Source: Candidatus Eiseniibacteriota bacterium | Lineage (GTDB): Bacteria; Eisenbacteria; RBG-16-71-46 | Length of the DNA stretch: 64,000 nucleotides | Direction: 5' to 3' | Assembly (NCBI GenBank): GCA_041483195.1 | Contig: JBGPFC010000007.1 | Coordinates: 70,943 to 134,942 of the forward strand | Shown here: positions 55,311-64,000 of the stretch, in pieces | Layout: every line of letters starts with the position of its first letter | Position numbering within the stretch: the stretch's first letter is position 1 | Translations under genes and position numbers: made by a program | The notes under the pieces: generated by a model | Databases searched by the model: none | What the model was told of the DNA's origin: nothing | The model's input: only the letters and a program-made list of their open reading frames with translations

Positions 55311-56713
55311 CAGGCAGATCCTTTCACGATGTGGAGCTGAGACGGCGCGGGGGATTCGACCCGCGCGAACAGATCGTACGCCGCGGAACCGCTCACGCGC
55401 ACGTCCACCAGCGAACCCGGAACCAACGCATCACCCTCGACCATCACGCCGCCGTCCACTTCGTAGGCCGAGCCCGTCCCGCGCGCCGCCCACTGCCCGC
55501 CGCCGGCTCGTCCGCCGCCCGCGGCCGGGCCGTCGATCATCACGCGCATCGTGCTGCCGATCCGGGCGCGCAGCCGCGCGGCCGAGAGCCGCTGCTGCAA
55601 CGCGAGCAGGCGCGCGCGCCGGCCGCGTCGCGCGGGAAGCGGCACGCGCGGCGTCATCGCGTGCGACGGGGTCTCGGGCTCCCGCTCGTACGTGAACACC
55701 ACGAGATTGTCGATCGGCTCCTCCTCGACGAAACGGCAAAGCTCCTCGAAATGGGCCTCGGTCTCGCCCGGAAATCCCACGATGAAATTGGTGCGGAACG
55801 CCGCCCCCGGGATGCCGGCCTTGATCCGGCGCACCAGCGCCCGCGTGTCTCCCGCCGTCATCCCGCGGGCCATGGTGCGCAGCATGTCGGCCGCGATGTG
55901 CTGGAGCGGCATGTCCACGTACGGCACGACGCGACGCGCGCGGCTCCACACCTCGATCAGGCGATCGCTCCACAGCCGCGGGTACGTGTACTGCACCCGG
56001 ATCCAGCTCAGCCCGTCCACCTGATCCAGGGCCAGCAGCAGGTCCGCGAGCGTCGGCGTTCCCGGGAGATCGGTGCCGTAGCCGGTCGTGTCCTGCCCGA
56101 TCAGGTTGAGCTCGCGCACTCCCTGGCGGGCGAGCTGCGTGGCCTCCCCCACCAGCTCGTCGATCGTACGGCTCTGCTGGTCCCCGCGCAGGCGCGGGAT
56201 GATGCAGAAGGTGCAGCGGTGATCGCAACCCTCCGAGATCTTGAGGTAGGCGAGATGCCGGGGGGTCGAGAGCGCGCGGGGCGTGAGCGAATCGAGCGCG
56301 CCGCCCGGGTACTCGGTGCGCACCACGCGCTCGCCTGAGCCCGAGAGGACGTGACGGGCGGCCGATGTGACCTCGCGCCACTGCCCGGTGCCGAGCACCG
56401 CATCGACCTCTGGGAACTCGTCGAGGAGCGAGGCGCCGGCGCGCTGTGCCAGGCATCCCGCGACGATCAGCCCGCGCAACCGGCCGGCGCGCTTCAGCCG
56501 CGCGACCTCGGCGATCGCCGACTTCGACTCGCGCACCGCGCTCTGGAGGAACGCGCAGGTGTTCACCACCGCGACGTCGGCCTCGCGCGGATCGGCGACC
56601 GTGCGGAAGCCGTCCCGCACCATGAGGCCGAGCATCTTCTCGGAGTCCACCGTGTTCTTCGGACAGCCGAGCGTGACGAACGCGAGCGTTGGAGCGGATT
56701 CCGACCGCTTCAC
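55310..56713 (-). CDS. rimO: Ribosomal protein S12 methylthiotransferase RimO
   Basis: LGCPKNTVDSE, VNTCAFL, YLKISEGCDHRCTFCIIP, DMPLQH, FIVGFPGET. Confidence 0.95.
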   Translation of the reverse strand: MKRSESAPTLAFVTLGCPKNTVDSEKMLGLMVRDGFRTVADPREADVAVVNTCAFLQSAVRESKSAIAEVARLKRAGRLRGLIVAGCLAQRAGASLLDEFPEVDAVLGTGQWREVTSAARHVLSGSGERVVRTEYPGGALDSLTPRALSTPRHLAYLKISEGCDHRCTFCIIPRLRGDQQSRTIDELVGEATQLARQGVRELNLIGQDTTGYGTDLPGTPTLADLLLALDQVDGLSWIRVQYTYPRLWSDRLIEVWSRARRVVPYVDMPLQHIAADMLRTMARGMTAGDTRALVRRIKAGIPGAAFRTNFIVGFPGETEAHFEELCRFVEEEPIDNLVVFTYEREPETPSHAMTPRVPLPARRGRRARLLALQQRLSAARLRARIGSTMRVMIDGPAAGGGRAGGGQWAARGTGSAYEVDGGVMVEGDALVPGSLVDVRVSGSAAYDLFARVESPAPSQLHIVKGSA

Positions 56714-58992
56714 TCGTAGCCCCGGTCTTCGAGCCAGTGCGTGTCCACCAGGACGTCGCGCGCCTTGCTTCCCTGGAAGGGGCCGACCACGCCCAGCTGC
56801 TCGAGCTGGTCCATGAGCCGCCCGGCGCGCGAGTACCCCACCTTGAGCCGGCGCTGGAGCAGCGAGGTCGAGCCCTGCTGGTGGTTCACGACCAGCCGCG
56901 CCGCCTCGCGGATCAGGTCGTCGTCGAAGGCATCGCCGCCCTCTCCGCCCTCCGCGTCTTCATCGACGTCGACGATGGCGGCGTCGGTCGCGAGCGGCGG
57001 CGGCGTTCCGGGCGTGGCCCTCGCGCGCCAGAACTCGACCACCCGCGCGGTCTCGTCTTCGGAGACGTACGCCCCGTGCACGCGGTAGGGCTCCGGCTTG
57101 CCGGCGGGCGTGAACAGCATGTCGCCGTGCCCGAGCAGGTTCTCGGCGCCGTTCATGTCGAGCACCGTTCGGGAATCGGTCTTGCTCGCGACCTGGAACG
57201 CGATGCGCGACGGGAAATTCGCCTTGATCACGCCGGTGATGACGTCCACCGATGGACGCTGGGTGGCGAGCATCAGGTGAATGCCGACCGCGCGCGCCAT
57301 CTGCGCGAGCCGCGCGATCGGCTCCTCGATCTCGGCGGGAGCGGTCAGCATGAGGTCGGCGAGCTCGTCCACCACCACCACCACGAACGAGAGGCGATCG
57401 GGCGGCGCGTCGGACCCGGGCGCGGTGGGCGCCAGCCCGGCCGACACCTTCTCGTTGTACGCCGCGATGTTCCGCGCGCCGCAGGTCGCCATCAGCTTGT
57501 AGCGCTTCTCCATCTCGGAGACCGCCCAGCGCAGCGCGCGGCTCGCGCGCTTGGCCTCGGTCACGACCGGCATGACGAGGTGCGGGATTCCGTTGTACGC
57601 GGACAGCTCGAGCATCTTGGGATCCACCATGACCATCTGCAGCGTCTCCGGCCCGTGCTGGAACAGCAGTCCCGTGATCATGGCGTTCAGGCAAACGCTC
57701 TTGCCGGAGCCGGTGGCGCCGGCCACCAGCAGATGCGGCATGCGGGTGAGATCGGCGACGAACGGCTGGCCGACCACGTCCACCCCGAGCGGAATCTTGA
57801 GGGCGGCGTCGCTGGTCTCGTACTCCGGCGCGGCGAGCACCTCACGGAGATACACCATTCGCCGATGGCGGTTCGGAATCTCCACGCCCACCGCGGCCTT
57901 GCCCGGAATCGGCGCGATGATGCGGATGCGCTGCGCGCGCAGGGCCATGGCGAGGTCGTCCTCGCGCGAGACGATCTGGTTGACCTTCACGCCCGCCGCC
58001 GGCTCGAACTCGAACGTGGTGACCACCGGTCCCGGATGAATCTCGGTGACGCGCCCCACGATGCCGAAGTCCGCGAGCTTGGTGACCAGCAGATTCGCGT
58101 CGTTGGTCAGGTCGTTCGCGGTGATGAGATCTTCGGGCTGCGCCGGCATCGCGAGCAGGCTGAGCGATGGAAACGGCTCGTCGCTGAGGGCCGCGGTGGC
58201 CACGCCGCCCTCCGGCTTCGGCTCGGGTCGGGTCCGCGCGGGGCGCGGCCTCGAATCGGCGCGCGGCATGCCGGGAAGCGCGAGCTGGGCGCCCTGCGGC
58301 TCGCCCTCCGCGCCCCGCGCGATCGCGGGTGGGCTCGCGGGTTTCACGCCGTTGGTCGGCGCGGGGGTCGCGACCCGCGTGACCCTCGGCTTCCTGTCCT
58401 TCGGCTTCGCGCGCGCTGCGGCGGCCCGACGCTCACGCCACGCGCTCCAGAGTCCCGCGATGCCCGAGGCGGGCGCGACGACCGCGCCCCGCGCGAGGTG
58501 CGCGATCCAGTGGAACCCGAGCTCGCTCGCGGCCAGCGCGGTGACGCCCAGCAGCGCGCCGCCGACGATCCACGAGCCGACGCCTCCCAGCGCGGAACGC
58601 ATGGCGAGCGCCGCCGCGAATCCCCAGCCTCCCGCCCACATCCAGCGATCGAGACTCGCGAGCCCCAGCAGCATGCACACCTCGAACACCAGCAGCGTCC
58701 CGAGCAGCGAGCTCAGCAGGGCCGGGCCGGGCTTCGCGTCGCGGATGCGATTCCACGACCACACGCCCGCCAGCACCGGAACCCCGAAGGCGGCGCAGCG
58801 GCCGAAGGCCCACACCAGGAGGAACGCGAGCGTGGCGCCGACCGGGCCACAGGCGTTGGCCGACCCCCACGGCGGCGCGCCCGGGAGCGGACGCGCGAAG
58901 CTCGAGAGGCTCGCGAGCGCGAGCACCGCGAAAGCCCCCAGCAGCAGCGCGAGGATCTGTCGTCTTCGCTTGTCGGAGATCGAGGAAGCCAC
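56710..58992 (-). CDS. ftsK: DNA translocase FtsK
   Basis: 4TM N-terminus, GPVVT, PHLLVAGATGSGKS, VDELADLM, ATQRPSVDV, gamma domain LQRRLKVGYSRAGR. Confidence 0.97.
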   Translation of the reverse strand: MASSISDKRRRQILALLLGAFAVLALASLSSFARPLPGAPPWGSANACGPVGATLAFLLVWAFGRCAAFGVPVLAGVWSWNRIRDAKPGPALLSSLLGTLLVFEVCMLLGLASLDRWMWAGGWGFAAALAMRSALGGVGSWIVGGALLGVTALAASELGFHWIAHLARGAVVAPASGIAGLWSAWRERRAAAARAKPKDRKPRVTRVATPAPTNGVKPASPPAIARGAEGEPQGAQLALPGMPRADSRPRPARTRPEPKPEGGVATAALSDEPFPSLSLLAMPAQPEDLITANDLTNDANLLVTKLADFGIVGRVTEIHPGPVVTTFEFEPAAGVKVNQIVSREDDLAMALRAQRIRIIAPIPGKAAVGVEIPNRHRRMVYLREVLAAPEYETSDAALKIPLGVDVVGQPFVADLTRMPHLLVAGATGSGKSVCLNAMITGLLFQHGPETLQMVMVDPKMLELSAYNGIPHLVMPVVTEAKRASRALRWAVSEMEKRYKLMATCGARNIAAYNEKVSAGLAPTAPGSDAPPDRLSFVVVVVDELADLMLTAPAEIEEPIARLAQMARAVGIHLMLATQRPSVDVITGVIKANFPSRIAFQVASKTDSRTVLDMNGAENLLGHGDMLFTPAGKPEPYRVHGAYVSEDETARVVEFWRARATPGTPPPLATDAAIVDVDEDAEGGEGGDAFDDDLIREAARLVVNHQQGSTSLLQRRLKVGYSRAGRLMDQLEQLGVVGPFQGSKARDVLVDTHWLEDRGYE

Positions 58993-59226
58993 TCGTTCCT
59001 GGGTGGGATCGTCCCTGGGTCTGACGGTTGATGTCGGCGTGCTCGGGCGTGAGGAATCGTCAGCACGGCCGACCGCGAACCGGGCGTCAGATCCGGCGCC
59101 CGCCCACGCGCCCGCCTCCCTGGCGGGTGTCGGCGCGTCATTGTGCTACAGCGACCCCACGAGGGGCAACGACGGTTTGGGCCGAATCAGGTGCGCGGCC
59201 CGGCGTGGAAATCCCGCGCGGGCTCC

Positions 59227-59688
59227 CTACTCCTTCCCCCTGCAGTCGCCGGTGCGGCGCGCGAGCAGCAGCTCCTTCTGGGTCTGGCCGTTGGCCGAGG
59301 TCTCGACTTCGACCTTGTAAGCGTTCTCGCTCTCCACGGTGATCACGGATTTCGAATGGCTGGTCACGGTGCCGCCCGCGGAATTCTTGATCGTGCAGTC
59401 GGCGATGAAGGTGTAGGTGTTCCCGATTCGTTTGAGCGGCGTGAACCGGCAGCCGAACTTCGTCAGCATCGCATTCTGCCGCTTCATGTCCTCGCGCGGG
59501 TCGGCGCAGCGCGTGACGTCCATCGGCTTGCCGGCGACGACGCGATGAAATTTCCAGAGACCCTGCCGCAGCGCCGGCACCTCGTCAGCGCCGGCCGGGC
59601 CGCCGGCCGCCGAGCAGGCCGCGAGCAGCAGCATTCCCGTGACGACCCTCGAGGCGCGACTCCCCGCGTGCTCCGTCGAACTCGGCAT
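59227..59688 (-). CDS. DUF3617-like secreted protein
   Basis: Signal peptide, PALRQGLWK, four Cys, C-terminal ARRTGDC. Confidence 0.7.
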   Translation of the reverse strand: MPSSTEHAGSRASRVVTGMLLLAACSAAGGPAGADEVPALRQGLWKFHRVVAGKPMDVTRCADPREDMKRQNAMLTKFGCRFTPLKRIGNTYTFIADCTIKNSAGGTVTSHSKSVITVESENAYKVEVETSANGQTQKELLLARRTGDCRGKE

Positions 59689-59759
59689 GAACCGACCCCC
59701 TGGTTGATCCGGCTCACGTCCGGCGTTCCGCGGCGCGCCCGTTCGACTCCCTCTCGCGT

Positions 59760-60353
59760 TCACGCCCGCTTCGGCTTGATGATCGCGGCGAGCGCGAGGC
59801 CGGCAAGCGTCCAGCCGATCACCGCGTCGAGCACGCTGGCGCGAAGGTATTCCGCGGTGAACCCGTACCAGTTCCAGTACGAGCCGTCGATGCCGACCGC
59901 CGCGAACAGGCCGAGCGCCGAGACGAACGCCACGCGGGTGAAATAGGCCGGCAGCGACGCGGCGGCCGCGGCGAGCAGCGCCGCCGCGATCAGCCCACAG
60001 ACGATCTCGATCGCGAGCTGGAAACCCATCAGCGGACCCATCTTCAGCGGACCGTTCGCCGGCGAGATGACCAGGAGCCCATGCGGCTGGACGACATACG
60101 CCTTCTGCCACGTTTCCATCGCCGCCTTCTGCTGGTCCTTCGAGCCCTTCATCCCGGCGCTCATCCCCGCGTCAGGAAACATGTACATCCCCTGCGTCTT
60201 CACGTTCTCGGCCAGCGTGCCGAGCACCGCGCTCTCGTTGGGCATCGGCTTGAGCACGCTGTCGGCGAGCCCGAGCATCGCGTGCGACACGAAGCCCCAG
60301 CCGAATGCGACGAGTCCTGCGACGACCCCCGCGATGAGGATGCGACCCGACAT
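59760..60353 (-). CDS. Hypothetical membrane protein
   Basis: Four TM segments, GMYMFP, SYWNWYGF; GGGAGG SD. Confidence 0.75.
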   Translation of the reverse strand: MSGRILIAGVVAGLVAFGWGFVSHAMLGLADSVLKPMPNESAVLGTLAENVKTQGMYMFPDAGMSAGMKGSKDQQKAAMETWQKAYVVQPHGLLVISPANGPLKMGPLMGFQLAIEIVCGLIAAALLAAAAASLPAYFTRVAFVSALGLFAAVGIDGSYWNWYGFTAEYLRASVLDAVIGWTLAGLALAAIIKPKRA

Positions 60354-60512
60354 GACGGCCTCCCGTGATGATCGACGGATGAGCGGCGAACGATCCGAGC
60401 GCGCCGGCGCGGAGAGCGCCGGCACGGTCGCGCACGATAACCCTCCGCGCGTCCGCGGGTCACGCTCGAAAAGAAGCCGCTGCGCCGGGCTTGGCGGGAG
60501 TACCGCCCCGCG

Positions 60513-61034
60513 TCAGTCGGCGCCGGGCCGGATGCGCAGGACCATGTGGTCTTCGTCGAACCCCCGGCCCTCCCATCGAAGCGCCTGGGGCTCCCGTCCC
60601 CACGCCGCGAATCCGGCGCTCTCGTACAGACGTCGCGCCTCGGTCGCGACCTCGGAGACGGAGAGCTGGACATGCGTGACTCCCCGCCACGTGCCGGCCC
60701 GTTCGACCGCGGCCGTCAGCAGCGCTCGCCCCAGGCCCTGACCACGCGCGGCGGCCCGCACGTACATGCCCCAGACGGACGCGCGATGCCGGGATTTTCG
60801 CGACGGCTCGCGGCGAACGCCGATCATGCCGGCGATGGCGTCCGAGACGAACGCACCGAAGATGGCGGACTCCCCGGGATCGGAGAACGAGTCGAGCACC
60901 CGCGCCGGGTCGAGGATGCGGTCCTCTTCGACGGACGAGCCGAACGCCAGCGGGTGCGCGGTCAGCGCCTCGCGCCTGAGCGACTGGAGCGCGACGACGT
61001 CGTCAGGGCCGAGCGATCGAACGCGGTCATCCAA
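60513..61034 (-). CDS. GNAT family N-acetyltransferase
   Basis: LRREAL..HPLAF, WGMYV..ARGQGLGRAL, ARRLYESAGF, DEDHM. Confidence 0.9.
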   Translation of the reverse strand: MDDRVRSLGPDDVVALQSLRREALTAHPLAFGSSVEEDRILDPARVLDSFSDPGESAIFGAFVSDAIAGMIGVRREPSRKSRHRASVWGMYVRAAARGQGLGRALLTAAVERAGTWRGVTHVQLSVSEVATEARRLYESAGFAAWGREPQALRWEGRGFDEDHMVLRIRPGAD

Positions 61035-61106
61035 CGCTCACGCTCCCCGGGCGCGGCGACGCCGGGCGAATCGCATGCGCATCCGCGTGAACGGCGCTCG
61101 CCGGAT

Positions 61107-63008
61107 TCAGCGGCCCGCTGCCGCCCCGCGGGTCTCGCGCGGCTGCGGCGCCTCGAGATCGGGCGGCACGATGCCTTCTTCGAGCCAGGCGAAGCGCTTG
61201 TCGAGCACCCCGCGCGCGAGCGTGTAATTCTCGGCGTCGTCGTTCACGCGAATCGCGGTGAACAGTCCTTCCACCTTGCGCCGCGCGTTGCGGCAGAAGA
61301 CGTCGGCGAGTTCGAGCGCGTTGCGGTCGGCGACGTTCTTGCGAACGTCGCGCCGGGCGCGCGCGCACACCGCCGCCATCGCGTAGAGCTCCGCGCCGAT
61401 ATCCACGCAGCGGAACAGCTGGGCCTGCTTGCGCTCGAGCGCCGGCCCGTTGGCCACCATCAGATGGAACTGCCCGCGCGCGAGGCGCCGCGCGGTGCGG
61501 TCGATCCAGCACAGGTGCGAGGCCAGCGTGCCGAACTCGGCGTACTGGGGCCAGCGGCCCCATCCCAGCCAGCGGCCCGGATACCAGACGGCGTAGAAGA
61601 ACGCGGCGCGCACCAGGCCGGCCAGGCGTCTGGCGAGCGGCACGCCCGGCATCACGACGTCACCCGCCGCCGCGAGGTGCACGTCGAGCGCCTCGCGCGC
61701 GATGAACAGGCGCATCACCTGGTTGGTGCCCTCGAAGATGCGATTGATGCGCAGATCGCGCAGCAGCTGCTCGAGCGGCACCGGCGCTTCGCCGCGCGCG
61801 GCGAGCGAGCGCGCGGTCTCGTAGCCGCGCCCGCCGCGAACCTGAAGCGTCGCGTCGCACACCTCCCAGGCCGCGTCGGTGTTCCACAGCTTCGCGATCG
61901 CGGCCTCGAGCCGGATGTCCTGCTTGCCCGCGTCGCCGAGCAGCGCGCCGAGGTCGGCGATCGCGTCCATCGCGTAGGTGCGGGCCGCGATGTCGGCGAT
62001 CATCTGCGCCACCGCCTCGTGATGGCCGACCGGCTTCCCCCACTGCACGCGCTGTGACGCGAAGTCTCGCGCCACCTGCAGGCACCACTTCCCCGCCGCC
62101 GCGCAGGTCGAGGGCAGCGTGAGCCGCCCGGTGTTGAGCGTGACGAGCGCGAGCTTGAGGCCCTTGCCCTCGCCCCACAGGAGATTCTCCTTCGGAACGC
62201 GCACGTTCGTGAAGCGGATGAGCGCGTTCTCGATGCCGCGCACCCCCATGAACTCGAGACGATGCGTGACCTCGACGCCCGGGGTGCTGGTCTCGACGAT
62301 GAACGCGCCGATCGGCCCGGGCTTGCCGGCCTTGCCCGGGGTGCGCGCCATCACCACCAGCAGCTCTGCGTTGGTGCCGTTCGTGCACCACAGCTTCTCG
62401 CCGTTGATCAGGTAGGCGGCGCCGTCGCTGGTGGGAGTCGCGGTGGTGGTCATGCGCGCGGGATCGGAACCCACGTCCACCTCGGTGAGCGCGAACGCAG
62501 AGATCGCGCCCTTCGCGAGACGCGGCAGGAAGCGCTTCTTCTGTTCCTCGTTGCCGAACAGCTTGAGCGGCTGCGGCACGCCGATCGACTGGTGCGCGGA
62601 GAGCAGCGCCACCAGCGCGCCGCACTTGGTCCCCACCTTCGCGACGGCGCGGCCGTACGAGTACTGCGAGAGACCGAGGCCGCCGTACTCGCGCGGGATC
62701 TTGATGCCGAACGCCCCGAGCTCGCGCAGCTGCTGCACGTACTCGTCGGGAATGCGCGCGTCGTGCTCGACGCGCTCAGCGTCGACGCCATCGAGGAAGC
62801 GCTCGAGCTTCGCCATGAATTCGGCGGCACGCTTCTGCTCGTCGGGGTCGGGCTCGGGATACGGGTGGATGAGGTCGAGCCGGAGGCTGCCGAGGAACAG
62901 CTCGCGCACGAACGAGGGCTGCTCCCAGGTGGTCTCGCGCGAGGCTTCGGCGACGGCGCGCGCCTCGTGCTCGGTGGCGTGGCCGGCCGGTTTCGTGGTC
63001 TCGGTCAT
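61107..63008 (-). CDS. Long acyl-CoA dehydrogenase (VLCAD/ACAD9-like)
   Basis: FGIKIPREYGGLG, SAHQSIG, AFALTE..GSD, NGEKLWCTN, RINRIFEG, C-terminal extension. Confidence 0.93.
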   Translation of the reverse strand: MTETTKPAGHATEHEARAVAEASRETTWEQPSFVRELFLGSLRLDLIHPYPEPDPDEQKRAAEFMAKLERFLDGVDAERVEHDARIPDEYVQQLRELGAFGIKIPREYGGLGLSQYSYGRAVAKVGTKCGALVALLSAHQSIGVPQPLKLFGNEEQKKRFLPRLAKGAISAFALTEVDVGSDPARMTTTATPTSDGAAYLINGEKLWCTNGTNAELLVVMARTPGKAGKPGPIGAFIVETSTPGVEVTHRLEFMGVRGIENALIRFTNVRVPKENLLWGEGKGLKLALVTLNTGRLTLPSTCAAAGKWCLQVARDFASQRVQWGKPVGHHEAVAQMIADIAARTYAMDAIADLGALLGDAGKQDIRLEAAIAKLWNTDAAWEVCDATLQVRGGRGYETARSLAARGEAPVPLEQLLRDLRINRIFEGTNQVMRLFIAREALDVHLAAAGDVVMPGVPLARRLAGLVRAAFFYAVWYPGRWLGWGRWPQYAEFGTLASHLCWIDRTARRLARGQFHLMVANGPALERKQAQLFRCVDIGAELYAMAAVCARARRDVRKNVADRNALELADVFCRNARRKVEGLFTAIRVNDDAENYTLARGVLDKRFAWLEEGIVPPDLEAPQPRETRGAAAGR

Positions 63009-63189
63009 GGTCGTCGGATCCTGTCGAAGCCGGCCCGCGGCATGCGCGCCGGATGGAATCGTTTTCGGCGGGAGGTCACTCGCAGGTTAGCGCGGTCGCG
63101 CGAGGGAGCCAAGCGGCGCGCCGGGCCGGCCTCCGCGGCCGGGCACGGGCGCGGAGCGGATCGCGGGCCGGCCGGGCTCCCGGGCACGA

Positions 63190-63732
63190 TCAGCCCGCAC
63201 GAGCGCTCACCAGCACCAGGATCTGCCAGAGCCTCGGCAGCCTCATGTATCGCGTGAAGTGACCGGGGAAGACGCTCGACTGGTGCACGCGGTAGCGTTT
63301 TCGGAATTCCCACGGCAGCCACCCCGATCGGTGGGTCTCGAACGGCATGCCCGGGATCTCCTGGCGGCGAAATCCCCAGGGCGTCGTGATCAGCACTCTG
63401 CCCGCACGCCTCGTGAGGGCGTCGAGCAGCGTCCACGCCTCTGGCTTCTCGAGGTGCTCGATCACGTCGATGAACAGCGCCAGGTCGTAGCGCGGCGCGT
63501 CGGCCGGGAGCAGCGCATCGATCGCGCGCAGGTCGCCCAGGTACACGTGATCGTACACCGGGAAGCGCGGCGGGTTGGCGTCGATCGCGTCGATCCGCCG
63601 CGCGGCGGAATACTCGCGCGCGAGCAGGCCGTACTTGCCGAAGCCGGCGCCCACGTCGAGCACGGTCTGCGGCCGCTCGCGGACGATGACGTCCACGATA
63701 CGCGGGATCTGCCAGTGTTCGGACGTGGGCAT
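63190..63732 (-). CDS. Class I SAM-dependent methyltransferase-like protein
   Basis: VLDVGAGFGKYG, YDLALFIDVIEHL, LITTP, ETHRSGW. Confidence 0.8.
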   Translation of the reverse strand: MPTSEHWQIPRIVDVIVRERPQTVLDVGAGFGKYGLLAREYSAARRIDAIDANPPRFPVYDHVYLGDLRAIDALLPADAPRYDLALFIDVIEHLEKPEAWTLLDALTRRAGRVLITTPWGFRRQEIPGMPFETHRSGWLPWEFRKRYRVHQSSVFPGHFTRYMRLPRLWQILVLVSARAG

Positions 63733-63866
63733 GCGGTGGGACCCTCGGGCGCTCCGCCCGGGTGGCGGCGCGGCGGCGTCGCAGGTTCGCACATCCGCCA
63801 TCCCGGACCCAAGCGCGCGTCGCGCAGGCCGCCGCCATTCGCGGCACGCGACCGCGGCGCGGCTAG

Positions 63867-64000
63867 GAGCCTGTCCGAGTATTCGTCAAAGTTCTGGCGT
63901 GGACTGGTGACGGTGTGGAAGATGCGGACATGAAGACCTTCCGCCCGTACCAGCCCGATCAGCAGTTGCTGTTGCCGCCCTCCATCGAGGAGTGGCTTCC
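63867..64000 (+). mobile_element. Left end of IS1182-like insertion sequence (truncated by window)
   Basis: CTAG followed by GAGCCTGTCCGAG terminal-repeat-like sequence, drop in GC, transposase N-terminus 63 nt inside. Confidence 0.75.
63930..64000 (+). CDS. IS1182-family transposase N-terminus (partial)
   Basis: MKTFRPYQPDQQLLLPPSIEEWL, typical N-terminus of this family; absent from the ORF track because it runs off the window. Confidence 0.8.
   Translation, partial: MKTFRPYQPDQQLLLPPSIEEWL

Overview
High-GC diderm bacterial chromosome segment, densely coding and mostly minus-strand. The gene content (PorV-like barrel, CTD-bearing secreted protein, GWxTD protein, carboxypeptidase-regulatory-like TonB receptor) suggests an FCB-group lineage such as Ca. 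Eisenbacteria; this is inference only. Most of the window is core housekeeping: murJ/uppP, dnaK-hsp20, dcd, a complete tol-pal operon extended by an Omp85 gene, pfkA-gap-pgk-tpiA-secG-tRNA-Leu(GAG), and ftsK-rimO-bamD-nadD-polA-coaE-prfB(+1 frameshift)-PMM/PGM-mpg. The left end of an IS1182-like element lies at the window edge. The most interesting segment is a five-gene outer-membrane module at 35.2-45.5 kb: FadL/PorV-like barrel, TonB-dependent receptor, about 1000-aa CTD-bearing secreted protein, PorV-family barrel and a variant GWxTD protein. Other leads are an unannotated structured RNA with its own promoter at about 9.7-9.85 kb, a gamma-carbonic-anhydrase/DinB fusion in an operon with a degenerate NDUFA9-like SDR near an orphan nuoI, a sigma54-type promoter with an overlapping palindrome ahead of hsp20-dnaK, and a recurring TTGACG-N18-TAnnnT promoter signature. 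All calls come from motif recognition by eye; no searches were run.
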